64,000 bases of DNA from Candidatus Norongarragalinales archaeon (GTDB lineage Archaea; Micrarchaeota; Micrarchaeia; Norongarragalinales; Norongarragalinaceae). The notes beneath the pieces are model-generated. The model did no database searches. It had not been told where the DNA came from and saw only the letters and a program-made list of their open reading frames with translations. The stretch is taken from positions 31,157 to 95,156 of the forward strand of contig JAWABJ010000002.1 of NCBI GenBank assembly GCA_038884755.1, given 5' to 3'. A program made the position numbers and the translations under genes. Below, piece by piece: positions 36,879-46,491 of this stretch (position 1 is its first letter; each line of letters opens with the position of its first letter).

Positions 36879-36891
36879 CGAATTCTTTTAC

Positions 36892-37389
36892 TCAATTCCC
36901 TTTTTCAATCATTTCCTTGTGCTTCAAAATCATGATTTCTTCCACTAGTCCGTTTACGAACGCTTCCCACTGTTCTGCAGAAAGCGTTCCTCTGCCTATT
37001 TCCACGTTGCGCGTCTGCCTCAGGTCCTTGTCTTTCATTCTGATGTTGCCTTTTTCGTCGGCGAGAACCAAGTTGGTTTTTGGCGTGAAATGAACGTCGA
37101 AGCCAAGCTCTTCCTTCAGCTTGAACAATCCTTTCTTCCAGTCCTGGTATTTTTGGAACATTTCGTCGGAAACGCGCAAGGGTTCTTTCATTCCAAAGTA
37201 GTTGCGCAGCGCGCTTTTGAGGAACGGGGGGTTGGCGTGTATTACGCCCACTGTTTCGTGCAGGTCGTACACGGGGTGCAGGTTCTCGCGAAGGGCAGAG
37301 TTGGGTGATGCTCTTCCTGTCCAAACCGTGCCGTGAAGCAGCCTCGCAGTGTCTTTTCCAGCTTTGTGGTACGCTTGCAGCATGCCCAT
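36892..37389 (-). CDS. Hypothetical protein
   Basis: 165-aa ATG ORF co-oriented with neighbours. Confidence 0.6.
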   Translation of the reverse strand: MGMLQAYHKAGKDTARLLHGTVWTGRASPNSALRENLHPVYDLHETVGVIHANPPFLKSALRNYFGMKEPLRVSDEMFQKYQDWKKGLFKLKEELGFDVHFTPKTNLVLADEKGNIRMKDKDLRQTRNVEIGRGTLSAEQWEAFVNGLVEEIMILKHKEMIEKGN

Positions 37390-37398
37390 AACCTTTTT

Positions 37399-37869
37399 TT
37401 ATCGTGTTTTTTTTAATCCCTTTAGTTTCGCCGTTATTTTCTTGAAGTGCGAGCCTTTCCAATACGCTTGTCCGCACTCGGTACAAGCCCAAAACCGTTT
37501 TTGTTGCTTGAAAACTCTAGGGAAAACCCTGTTTTCGACCTTCGCTTTTGCCGTGCGTTTTATTTTCCCGCCGCATTTGGGGCACAAGGCCAGCAAAGGC
37601 GCGTTTTTCGCTTTGAGCGAAAATTCTTTCATTACTGTTTGCAATTGCTCGAACGAATCGCCGGGTTTGAGCAAAAGCGTTTTGCAGTAGTCTGAGGCTT
37701 TTTTCGCCAACGCCTCGTCGCGGGTGAGGAGGATTGCGTTTTCCTTCACGGCTTTCTTGATGACTTCGTCGTCGCTCGCGTTGGAGAAAAAAACTTTCAC
37801 TCCAAGCAAGCGAAGCCATCGGGTGAGCTTTCCGAGCATGGCGTCCGCCACGAAAACGGGCTTTCGCGT
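37399..37869 (-). CDS. Mut7-C RNase (PIN-like + zinc ribbon); N-terminus extends to an in-frame ACG
   Basis: FVADAMLGKLTRWLRLLG, LLTRD, CPKC, CTECGQAYWKGSH. Confidence 0.88.
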   Translation of the reverse strand, partial: TRKPVFVADAMLGKLTRWLRLLGVKVFFSNASDDEVIKKAVKENAILLTRDEALAKKASDYCKTLLLKPGDSFEQLQTVMKEFSLKAKNAPLLALCPKCGGKIKRTAKAKVENRVFPRVFKQQKRFWACTECGQAYWKGSHFKKITAKLKGLKKTR

Positions 37870-37872
37870 TTT

Positions 37873-39201
37873 TCACCACCACGGTTCGCGTTTGAAGAAG
37901 TAGTCTTGCAATTCTTTCGCGCAATAAGGCCGGAACGCCTTTTCGTTCTCGTGCACGACTGCTTTTTTCAAGGGAGCGGCCAAATGCGAGGCCACGCCCC
38001 ATTTCGGGTTGTGCTTGAGCCCGCGCTCGAGGGTTTGGAATGCGTTTTCCTTCTTGCCTTTAACTTCCACAATTACCCTGCCTGCGTCGACGAAAGGCCC
38101 GCGCAAGGGTTTTTTGCCCTTCAAAAACCCCGCAACCGCCTTTTCGTGCCACGCGGGCGGGCCAGAAAGCCTTTCGACCTCTGGTTTTTCTATGCCGAAA
38201 AATTCGAAGAGGAGGAAGGCCTTGCTTCCGCAAACGAACGAGTGCGAGTCCAGCGCTGCGAATCCAGCTTCGCGCATGTGCTTTAGCGCGTGTTCCTGCG
38301 TTTTGCGCAGTTGGGGGATGAGAATGTCTTCCACCAAGTCGGGCGCCGCGAATTCGACGAGCGCTATTTGCGTGCCTCGCTTTTTCCACGCGGCTTTAAT
38401 TTCTGCAAGGCTTTTGTCCTTTGGGCGGGAGAAAAAGAATTTTTCGGAAGGGCTTCGCGCGTAAGCTTGGCATAGAGCTATGAATCGGGCTACGTTCGTT
38501 TCGCTTACGACTGCCGCGGCGTTGCGGTTTTTGTCTATCGCGTCGACGATGACCAGCGCCTCGTCGAACTGCTTTTCGGAAAGCCCTTCGATGTCGATGC
38601 GCACTTGCGGCTTCCATTTCGCCGCGTTTTTCACTAGTCCTTCGAAACTGCGGTAGTTGAGAATGAGGTATTCGCACACAAGGCCTGAAAAGCCGCGTGT
38701 TGCGAGTTCAGCGCCGTAAAGCCCGTTGTTTTTTAGGAATTGTTTTAGCAAGCGCACGTCTTCGCGTTGCTTGGGCGAAAGGCGTTTTTGAAGGTAGTCC
38801 ATGTGGAGCGGCGAGCGGTCGACCGCGCTTTTGATTCCCGCGTGCGGCAGAGTGGTGAAGCACGGAATTACTTCGACTTTGTACCCCCCGATTTTCGCCT
38901 GCAAGTAAGGGTGTTCGGCGTAGCGAACAATCCAATCCGCTTTCACGTGCTTGCGGGTGAATTCGAACGTTTTCTTTACTATGTAGTCTTTTTCCAGCGA
39001 AGGGGGGAATTGCACGAACAGGTCGATGTCCTTGTCGCCCTTCAAGCCAGTATCCCGCGCGGCGGAGCCGACGAAGGAAACTTTGTCAGCCCCAATTTTT
39101 TCCAGGATTTTCTTGAGTTCGAGCGCAAAGGCTTTTTCCGCGGCGGCTTCGGCGGGAGTGGGGCTTATTTTCGAGAGTGTTTTCTTTAGAGCGGCGTTCA
39201 T
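37873..39201 (-). CDS. cca: Archaeal CCA-adding enzyme
   Basis: VGSAARDTGLKGDKDIDLF, YAEHPY, SAVDRSPLH, GFSGLVCE. Confidence 0.95.
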   Translation of the reverse strand: MNAALKKTLSKISPTPAEAAAEKAFALELKKILEKIGADKVSFVGSAARDTGLKGDKDIDLFVQFPPSLEKDYIVKKTFEFTRKHVKADWIVRYAEHPYLQAKIGGYKVEVIPCFTTLPHAGIKSAVDRSPLHMDYLQKRLSPKQREDVRLLKQFLKNNGLYGAELATRGFSGLVCEYLILNYRSFEGLVKNAAKWKPQVRIDIEGLSEKQFDEALVIVDAIDKNRNAAAVVSETNVARFIALCQAYARSPSEKFFFSRPKDKSLAEIKAAWKKRGTQIALVEFAAPDLVEDILIPQLRKTQEHALKHMREAGFAALDSHSFVCGSKAFLLFEFFGIEKPEVERLSGPPAWHEKAVAGFLKGKKPLRGPFVDAGRVIVEVKGKKENAFQTLERGLKHNPKWGVASHLAAPLKKAVVHENEKAFRPYCAKELQDYFFKREPWW

Positions 39202-39297
39202 CGCAATCCCTTTACTAGTGGTTAGGCCTCTGCAGTCTTTAAAACAATATGGGGCTTTACGCTGGCTTTTTTATTGGCCTGGGCGTATGATTTTGTA

Positions 39298-40707
39298 ATG
39301 GTTAAAATAACGCAAGACTTTCCGTTCTTCGAGTACGCTTGCGAGGAGGAATTGTCTTCGGAAGAAAAGGCTTTGGTAAAAGCCGTTTTCGGGGTTTTGA
39401 CCGCGTCCGGAGATTTGGCTTCCGTCTGCCGCAAGTACGGAATCGACCAAAAGAAAATGCAGTCTTTCGCCGCTTCGGTGGACGTTTTGAACATAGGCAA
39501 GCCGGTGTCTTCCAAGGTGAGGAGCGAAATGGTTTCAGGGCTTTCGGAAATCCTTCCCGTTCCCAACGCAAAAGCGGTTTCCCTGGCGGTCGTCGACGCG
39601 CTGCACGGTTATTCGGTAATCCAGCCTTTGCTCAACGACGAGAACGTGGAGGAGATAACTTTCAACGGCGACGACCCGGTTTTCATTTACCACCGCGAGA
39701 AAGGCGTTTGCAAAACCAACTTGTCTTTCTCGAAGGAGGAATTGAACGCGTTTTTGGCTCAGCTTTCAATCCAATCCGACGAGGGGGTCGTCGAAACGCG
39801 GTTGGCCGACGGAAGCCGCGCGAGCATCCTGACTCCTCCCATAGTGGCGAATTATTCCGTTACAGTCCGCAAGTTCCGCGCCCACCCGTTGAGCATAATG
39901 GATTTGATTGAAAATAACACAGTGACTTTGGAACTGGCTGCGTTCTTGTGGACTGCGGTCGACGGGCTCATGGTGACGCCTTTCAACTTTCTCATCGTTG
40001 GAAGCACTTCGGCGGGGAAGACTAGCTTGCTCAACGCCTGTTCTGCTTTCATCCCGCCGTCTGAACGCATCGTGGTCATAGAAGACGTTCCAGAAATAAA
40101 CCTTTCTTCAAAGCAAAACTCGGTTCAGGCCACGGCTACGCCCGCGTTTGACATGCAGGCTTTGCTTAAAAGCTCTCTGCGCCTTCGCCCGGACAGGATT
40201 ATCGTCGGCGACATCAGGGGACGCGAGGCGGAAACCATGTTTACCGCCATGAACACCGGGCACAGGGGTGTCATGGGCACGCTGCACGCGAACAACGCCG
40301 CAGACGCAATGACTCGCTTGCAGAACGAGCCGATGAACGTGCCCCGCGGGCTCTTGCCCCTGTGCGATTTGATAATAGTGCAACAGCGCTTCAACGACAG
40401 GAAGAAAGGGATAATCCGCAGGGTGGTGCAGGTAGCCGAAGTTTCCAAAATCGAAGAGGAAATCATTGCGATGAACGACTTGTTCTTGTATGACCCGATT
40501 TCCGATTCGATAGAACGCACGCGATTCCAGAGCCTCGCGGTGGAAAAGCTTTCGAAAGCCATGAACGTGAGCATCAACGAAGTAAAGGCTTCGATAGACC
40601 AAAGGGTTGAAATACTAAAGGAATTGCAAAAGGAGGGCGTCCAGCAGAGTTCCGACGTCAACGCCTTCATGCTGAAGTACTACGAGCACTATTACCGCGG
40701 CTCTTGA
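39298..40707 (+). CDS. Type IV pilus/secretion ATPase (VirB11/CpaF family)
   Basis: RLADGSR, TVRKF, GSTSAGKT, IEDVPE, LRLRPDRIIVGDIRG, MNTGH, GTLHAN. Confidence 0.9.
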   Translation: MVKITQDFPFFEYACEEELSSEEKALVKAVFGVLTASGDLASVCRKYGIDQKKMQSFAASVDVLNIGKPVSSKVRSEMVSGLSEILPVPNAKAVSLAVVDALHGYSVIQPLLNDENVEEITFNGDDPVFIYHREKGVCKTNLSFSKEELNAFLAQLSIQSDEGVVETRLADGSRASILTPPIVANYSVTVRKFRAHPLSIMDLIENNTVTLELAAFLWTAVDGLMVTPFNFLIVGSTSAGKTSLLNACSAFIPPSERIVVIEDVPEINLSSKQNSVQATATPAFDMQALLKSSLRLRPDRIIVGDIRGREAETMFTAMNTGHRGVMGTLHANNAADAMTRLQNEPMNVPRGLLPLCDLIIVQQRFNDRKKGIIRRVVQVAEVSKIEEEIIAMNDLFLYDPISDSIERTRFQSLAVEKLSKAMNVSINEVKASIDQRVEILKELQKEGVQQSSDVNAFMLKYYEHYYRGS

Positions 40708-40733
40708 GCCGCGCGTTTCGGTTTGTGGGAGAA

Positions 40734-42044
40734 ATGGATTTGGGTTCTGGCATCAGGAAAGCTTTGGCCAAACTGACTGGCGCGAGTGCTGTCGACGAAA
40801 ACGCCGTCCGCGAGCTGGTCAAAGACCTCCAGCGAGTGCTCATTACCAACGATGTGAACGTAAAGCTGGTGTTCCAGCTTGCCAAGGCGATAGAAACCCG
40901 GGCTTTGGGTGAAAAGCCTTTGCCAGGCTTGAGCGTGAGAGAGCACGTGGTGCGCGTTGTTCACGACGAACTGCAAAAGGTTTTGGGCGGAAAATTCGAG
41001 CCGCGTTTGGGAAAGCAAAAAATCCTTTTGCTCGGGCTTTTCGGAAGCGGAAAGACCACGAGCGCGGCGAAACTCGCGAAATTCTACCAGTCTAAAGGGT
41101 TGAAGGTCGCGCTCATAGCTGCGGACGTGCACAGGCCCGCCGCGTTCGACCAGCTGCAACAGTTGTCCGAGCAAGTGAAGTGCGGGTTTTTCGGAGTAAA
41201 GGGGGAAAAAAACGCCTTGAAGATAACCGAAACCGCGCTCAAAGAGCTTGAAGGGAAATACGATGTTTTGATTCTCGATTCCGCAGGGCGCAGTGCTTTC
41301 GATTCAGAGTTGGCGGGAGAGTTGAAAAGCGTGGCTAAAGCCTTCGCGCCAGACGAAAAATTCTTGGTGGTAAGCGCTGACGTGGGGCAGGTTGCCGGCA
41401 AGCAAGCGCAGGAATTTCACAATACCGTTGGAATCACGGGCGTTATAGTCACGAAAATGGACGGCAGCGGCAAGGGCGGGGGTGCGTTGAGCAGCATTGC
41501 CGTCACTGGCGCGAAAGTAGCGTTCATCGGAACTGGCGAGAAAACCACGGACTTCAAGCCTTTCGACTCGACGAAGTTTGTCGCCGAATTAGTTGGCTTT
41601 CCAGACCTCCAATCGTTGCTGGAAAAATTGAAGGAGGCGAGCGACGAGGAATTGGTGCAAAAAGCGATTGCGGAAGGGAAGATGGATTTCGACTCGTTCT
41701 TGGCGCAAATGCGGGCTATGCGAAAGATGGGGCCCATGAAGCAAATAATGCAAATGCTCGGCGTTTACGACTTGCCCGAGGAAATGGTTAACCAAAGCGA
41801 AGAGAAGATGAAGGATTTCGAGGCGGCGGTGTTGAGCATGACTCCTGAAGAACGCAAGAACCCGGACTTGATGAAATCGAAAGCAAGGCAGGCGCGGGTG
41901 GCGAAGGGCGCGGGGCTGAGGGAGGAAGACGTGCGCGAGCTTATCAAAAACTTCGAGAAGAGCGTGAAGATGATGAAGCAATTCAAGGGAAACAAAGGAT
42001 TACTGAAAAAGTTCGGCAAGATGATGCCGAACTTCAAGATTTGA
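40734..42044 (+). CDS. srp54: Signal recognition particle protein SRP54
   Basis: GLFGSGKTT, DVHRPAA, DSAGR, TKMDGSGKGGGALS, Met-rich M domain. Confidence 0.96.
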   Translation: MDLGSGIRKALAKLTGASAVDENAVRELVKDLQRVLITNDVNVKLVFQLAKAIETRALGEKPLPGLSVREHVVRVVHDELQKVLGGKFEPRLGKQKILLLGLFGSGKTTSAAKLAKFYQSKGLKVALIAADVHRPAAFDQLQQLSEQVKCGFFGVKGEKNALKITETALKELEGKYDVLILDSAGRSAFDSELAGELKSVAKAFAPDEKFLVVSADVGQVAGKQAQEFHNTVGITGVIVTKMDGSGKGGGALSSIAVTGAKVAFIGTGEKTTDFKPFDSTKFVAELVGFPDLQSLLEKLKEASDEELVQKAIAEGKMDFDSFLAQMRAMRKMGPMKQIMQMLGVYDLPEEMVNQSEEKMKDFEAAVLSMTPEERKNPDLMKSKARQARVAKGAGLREEDVRELIKNFEKSVKMMKQFKGNKGLLKKFGKMMPNFKI

Positions 42045-42069
42045 GATTTTTGAGTTTGGTGTGGCGTAA

Positions 42070-42486
42070 GTGGAAAAACAGCGAGTTTTCGTGGGCCCTG
42101 CCGTCGCCGTATTCAAGGGCGGCCGGGTTTTGCTTGGACGAACTAACACCGTGGGGAAAGGAAAATGGTGTTTTTCTGGCGGGGCGGTTGAACCCGGAGA
42201 GCGGGCAGCCGAGGCGGCCAAGCGGGAGTTGAAAGAAGAGGCGGGATTGGACGCTTTGGAACTGGAGTTTACCGGATACGTAGACACGCCCTATCCGCCC
42301 AGCCAGTTTTGGCTCACGCTTTTTTTCAGGTGTTCGAACTTCGCCGGCGAGGTAAGCACGCCCGAACCACACAAGAACGACGGCCGGAGTTGGTTTGCGA
42401 AAGGCGCTTTGCCTTCGCCGTTGTTCGGGCACACGCAAGCCGCGTTCGAAAAAAAACTTGGTTTGGAAGGATTGAGCCATGCTTAA
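42070..42486 (+). CDS. NUDIX hydrolase
   Basis: GGAVEPGERAAEAAKRELKEEAGL Nudix box. Confidence 0.9.
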   Translation: MEKQRVFVGPAVAVFKGGRVLLGRTNTVGKGKWCFSGGAVEPGERAAEAAKRELKEEAGLDALELEFTGYVDTPYPPSQFWLTLFFRCSNFAGEVSTPEPHKNDGRSWFAKGALPSPLFGHTQAAFEKKLGLEGLSHA

Positions 42487-43318
42487 CTTCGAACTATTGC
42501 GCGTTGCAATTGCCGTAGTGTTTACTGCAATCGCCGCGTACCAGGACAACAAGACTTCTTACGTTGACGACAAGGTTTTGTATGCGCTGGTGGGCGCAGG
42601 GCTTCTGCTCAACGTACTTTCTTTCGACTTCGCGTTTTTCGTTTCCACGCTTCCCGCTGCGTTGTTCATAGGTGTTTTCGGTTTCGTTCTTTGGCGTCGC
42701 GGGAGTTTCGGGCAGGGCGACGTTTGGCTTTTCCTGGGGCTGCACTTGATTTTGCCGGAATACCCGTCTTTCGTGCAGCTGCCTTTGCCTTCACTCCCGT
42801 TCGTTGCAAGCGTTTTCCTCGCTTCAAGCGTTTTTTCGTTGTTCGGCTCTAGCGCTTTTTACGCGGCAAGGCTTACGCGTGCGAAGGCGTTCGACAAGCT
42901 TCGTTTCGCCTCGCTCGTCGCCTTAAGCGCTTCGTCCGTTTTTTTCCTTTACAAAACGCCTTTGCAGCCGCTGGCAAAGCTGTTTTTCTCGCTTTTCGTA
43001 ATTTCCAGCGTGTTTCTCGCTTTGTTCTACCGTACTATCAAAGAAAAAGTTTTGATACAATGGGTTTCTCTGAAGGGCGTGGAGGATGAAGATGTTTTAG
43101 CGTTGGAAAAATTACCGTCTTCGTTCGTTAAAAAGCACGGTTTGGAAAAAGTCGTTACGAAAAGCGTTTTTCAAAAGTTAAAAGCGTTAAGCAAAAGCGG
43201 AAGGATGAAGAAATTTCCAGTTTTCAAAAACTTGATTCGCTTCAACCCCTACGTTTTGGCCGGGCTTTTGGTTTGCCTTTACGCTGGCGATTTGCTCGTG
43301 TGGGTTTTGCTGGGCTAG
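42479..43318 (+). CDS. A24 prepilin/preflagellin peptidase
   Basis: AAYQD and FGQGD catalytic aspartates, multiple TM helices, C-terminal FNPYV. Confidence 0.8.
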   Translation: MLNFELLRVAIAVVFTAIAAYQDNKTSYVDDKVLYALVGAGLLLNVLSFDFAFFVSTLPAALFIGVFGFVLWRRGSFGQGDVWLFLGLHLILPEYPSFVQLPLPSLPFVASVFLASSVFSLFGSSAFYAARLTRAKAFDKLRFASLVALSASSVFFLYKTPLQPLAKLFFSLFVISSVFLALFYRTIKEKVLIQWVSLKGVEDEDVLALEKLPSSFVKKHGLEKVVTKSVFQKLKALSKSGRMKKFPVFKNLIRFNPYVLAGLLVCLYAGDLLVWVLLG

Positions 43319-44331
43319 AGCATGCCTTTTCCCTCCACTTCGACCGTTTCGGAAATAGAAAATTTCACTCCCAACAGCTTTTCGCATGCGCTGGCGTTTG
43401 AAAGCAAGTGTTCGGTTTTTTTCGCGCGAATGACGCTTTTGCCTTGAGCCAAAGCCGTGAGCGGAATAAGCTGGTCTCCCAAATGCTCATCGACCGCGTA
43501 GTCTGATGTTTGGAATTCCAAAAACTTTCTTGCGACCTCCTCGCCGACTCTCTCTGCCGGTTTTCCCTTCTCTCCCAGTGCGCTGAAGCCAGCATTACCG
43601 TGCTCGTAATTTGCCTGGAGGAAAACGTAAGTCCCCTGGCCTGAAGCATCAACCGTTTTACTTTGAATTTTCAGAGAAACGTTTTGAACTGCGAGCGTGT
43701 TCAGCGAACTTTTCTTCTGCCTCCCGGCAATTTCTATGGGCAAGTTTGCTACTGCAGAGATTCCCTCGATTGATTTCAACTTGCCCCGTTTCAAAAGCTC
43801 GACTGGCTTAAGCTGCTTGCAAGGGTGTACCGTTATTTCCACTACGCCCCCGCCTTGAGGGTAAAAACCGTGCTTTTTCAAAACGCACTCCGCGCGTACG
43901 CCGAACTTTGCGGCTGCTGGCAGGAAAACTTTTTCGAAATGCTCGAAAGGCGGCGACCAGGCGACGTGCGTCCCGCCCTTGATTTCAACCGTTCTTTTTG
44001 CGCCTGAGAAAGCGAGGGGAAGCAAAAGCGTTTGCATGACGAGCGTAATGCTTCCCGCAGTGCCGATGTCTATGTTGATTTTGCCGAAATCGATTTTTTC
44101 GGGCGGGTTGAAAATCATTTTTTGCGAGCCTATTGCTGCGTATTTGGTTTTCCCTCCCATTTTTTCCAACGCTTTTACTCCTGCAAGGTGTTGTGCTTGC
44201 AAACCCGGTTTTGGGCGAGAAGCGCGTATGTTGTCGAATTCTACTGGCGTTTTCAAAATAGTTGATAGCGCGAGTCCGGTTCTCAAAACCTGCCCGCCTC
44301 CGTTTGAACAATCGAGTTTCACCGCCCGCAT
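43315..44331 (-). CDS. rtcA: RNA 3'-terminal phosphate cyclase
   Basis: GGGQVLR, RPKPGLQAQH, TAGSITL, GGTHV, GFYPQGGG, DEHLGDQL. Confidence 0.95.
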   Translation of the reverse strand: MRAVKLDCSNGGGQVLRTGLALSTILKTPVEFDNIRASRPKPGLQAQHLAGVKALEKMGGKTKYAAIGSQKMIFNPPEKIDFGKINIDIGTAGSITLVMQTLLLPLAFSGAKRTVEIKGGTHVAWSPPFEHFEKVFLPAAAKFGVRAECVLKKHGFYPQGGGVVEITVHPCKQLKPVELLKRGKLKSIEGISAVANLPIEIAGRQKKSSLNTLAVQNVSLKIQSKTVDASGQGTYVFLQANYEHGNAGFSALGEKGKPAERVGEEVARKFLEFQTSDYAVDEHLGDQLIPLTALAQGKSVIRAKKTEHLLSNASACEKLLGVKFSISETVEVEGKGML

Positions 44332-44351
44332 AATGGCAAAACCTTTTTTTC

Positions 44352-45575
44352 TTACCAGTAGAGGTTGACCGCCAGGCCGGCGGCTCCGGCTGCCAGCAAA
44401 ACTGCACTTGTTTTTGCGGCTTGCGCCCATTTTTTTGTGGCTATTCCGGAAATGAACGTTTTTGCAGAGAGGGATGCGGCCAATGCGGCAAAAAGGCATA
44501 GCGCTGCGGTTTGCGTATTGACTAATCCGGCGTTGTACAACAATGCCAGTGATGCGAAGACTGAAGTCGAGCTCAAAAGCCCGCCTATGAAGCTTGACAA
44601 CACCATTCCGCTAGGCGCATTTTCGGCAGTCCAAGTGATTATCCAGCTCACGAGGAACAGCGCGAGGGAGAATTCGGTGATGAATTTGAGGGAAAGCGGG
44701 CGTTTGGACTGCTGCAATTCAAAGTTTTTCGCGTTTTTGGAGTAGAGCCAGCTTGCGGCTGTGAAAGCGGCGAGAAACGCCGCGATTGTCGGGAGGGTTG
44801 CGCCGAGCATTGCCGGCGAAACCACGGCGAGAAGGATGATGTCGCTTGCTATCGAGCCGGCGCTTGCCGACGCGAGGACGGAAAACACCGTTCGCGCGTG
44901 GCTTTTCGCCTTTTCAGCCATGACTGCGACGACTGCGACCGAGGAAACGAAGCCTCCGAAAAACGCGGCAAGCGACAGCGCTTGTTTTCCGACGTATTTG
45001 GTTAGAATGAAGCCTCCGAAGCTTATGGTGGTTATGGACACGACGATGGTCCAGAAGAACCGCAGGTTCAGCTGTTCCCCGAGCAGTTCGATGGGCTTTT
45101 CGGGCAGTTGCGGGTAGACTACAAACGCGATTATGGCGAACAAGAGCAAGTCGATAATCTCGTTTTTGGAAACCCGTTGCGTAATGTGGTGGACTTCGTG
45201 CTGTTCGACCAAGAGAAAGACCGCGATGACCGCAGCCAGCGCGGCTTCAACGAAAAACTCGGCTCCCGCCAGCGCGCCCAGCACGTACGTGGTGGGAAGC
45301 ATGATGGTGGTAGTAACTCCCCACGCGCCCGTGTGCCTGGCGCGTTGAACGTAGTATAACGCTGCTAGTGCGAAAACGCCTGCGAGCCCAAGCGCTACTG
45401 CGTAAGGGTTGTGCGTCATTGAAGTCAAGAGCATTCCGAGAAAGCCCGTGAGCGCGAAAGTCCTAAAACCTATAATATGGTGCTCGCGCTTTTCCCTTTC
45501 CAGCCCGATCAGCCCGCCTATCGCTATCGCAAGCAGGCTTTTCCAAACGAACGATTCGAAGCCAACGGAAACCAA
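44352..45575 (-). CDS. MgtC/SapB + DUF4010 membrane protein
   Basis: GGLIGLERE, GFRTFAL, GVTT, GGFVSS; TTG start after GGTG. Confidence 0.85.
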   Translation of the reverse strand: MVSVGFESFVWKSLLAIAIGGLIGLEREKREHHIIGFRTFALTGFLGMLLTSMTHNPYAVALGLAGVFALAALYYVQRARHTGAWGVTTTIMLPTTYVLGALAGAEFFVEAALAAVIAVFLLVEQHEVHHITQRVSKNEIIDLLLFAIIAFVVYPQLPEKPIELLGEQLNLRFFWTIVVSITTISFGGFILTKYVGKQALSLAAFFGGFVSSVAVVAVMAEKAKSHARTVFSVLASASAGSIASDIILLAVVSPAMLGATLPTIAAFLAAFTAASWLYSKNAKNFELQQSKRPLSLKFITEFSLALFLVSWIITWTAENAPSGMVLSSFIGGLLSSTSVFASLALLYNAGLVNTQTAALCLFAALAASLSAKTFISGIATKKWAQAAKTSAVLLAAGAAGLAVNLYW

Positions 45576-45592
45576 CAGGACACCCGAAAATT

Positions 45593-46363
45593 TCAAACGC
45601 GTTTCTTTCCTTCCTTTCGCACTGCAGAACTTATTTCCTTGATTTTCTTCGCGTCGACCTGCTCTTCGAAAGCATTGCCCACGTGAATGCCGTGCGCGCC
45701 TGCGGCAATGCACGCTGCCGCCTGTTCCGCAGTACGCACGCCGCCCGCGTTAAAGTAAAACAAGTCGTTCCCGACGGTTTTGGCGATGGCGGAAACCATT
45801 TCCGGGGGCGTTGGTTGGGGAGCCCCGCTTCCTGCATCAGTAATTAAGACGTGCGAGCCAGTGTATTTCGCCGCGAGCGCGCAAGCCGCGGCCAAGTCGC
45901 TCCTCTCGCGAGGGACTACGTTGGCGTTGCCCACCCACCCGACCGCGCGACCCGGCTCGATAATCAGGTAGGTCGTCGGTATCGCTTCAAGCCGCATTCT
46001 TGCCACGACCGGCGCGGCTTGGATTTGCGCGGTGGAAAGCCAGTAGATGTCTCGCGAGTTGAGCATGTGCATGAAGTAAATCGCGTCGGCATATTCGCTG
46101 ATGCCAGAAATGTTGCCAGGATATAATACGACGGGAATGCCGCCGCACCCTTCCTTGATGGCTTGCACCGTGTCGTCAAGGGCCTTTCCTTGCGCTCCGA
46201 TAGTGCCTCCTACGAGAATCACGTCCGCCCCGTTTTCGTAACTGCTTTTCGCAATCGCCTTGCCTTTTTCGAGCGAAAACTTGTCCGGGTCGATGAGCGA
46301 AAACAGCATCGCGCCTTGCGTTTCTATCTTTTCCTTGTAGTATTTTTCCACTTTCCCAATCAC
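45593..46363 (-). CDS. Geranylgeranylglyceryl phosphate synthase
   Basis: LIDPDK, LVGGT, LYPG, ADAIYF, AGSGA, GGVRT. Confidence 0.9.
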   Translation of the reverse strand: MIGKVEKYYKEKIETQGAMLFSLIDPDKFSLEKGKAIAKSSYENGADVILVGGTIGAQGKALDDTVQAIKEGCGGIPVVLYPGNISGISEYADAIYFMHMLNSRDIYWLSTAQIQAAPVVARMRLEAIPTTYLIIEPGRAVGWVGNANVVPRERSDLAAACALAAKYTGSHVLITDAGSGAPQPTPPEMVSAIAKTVGNDLFYFNAGGVRTAEQAAACIAAGAHGIHVGNAFEEQVDAKKIKEISSAVRKEGKKRV

Positions 46364-46491
46364 GAAACCACCTGTCGGAAAATAACCTTTGAAAGCAAAG
46401 AATTTTACTTTCGACCGCTTATTAATTCAGATGTAAAAACCTCCTGCCGAGGGCATATCTTTTTTAAGCTGTTTAAAGGGTTTGTTGAAGG

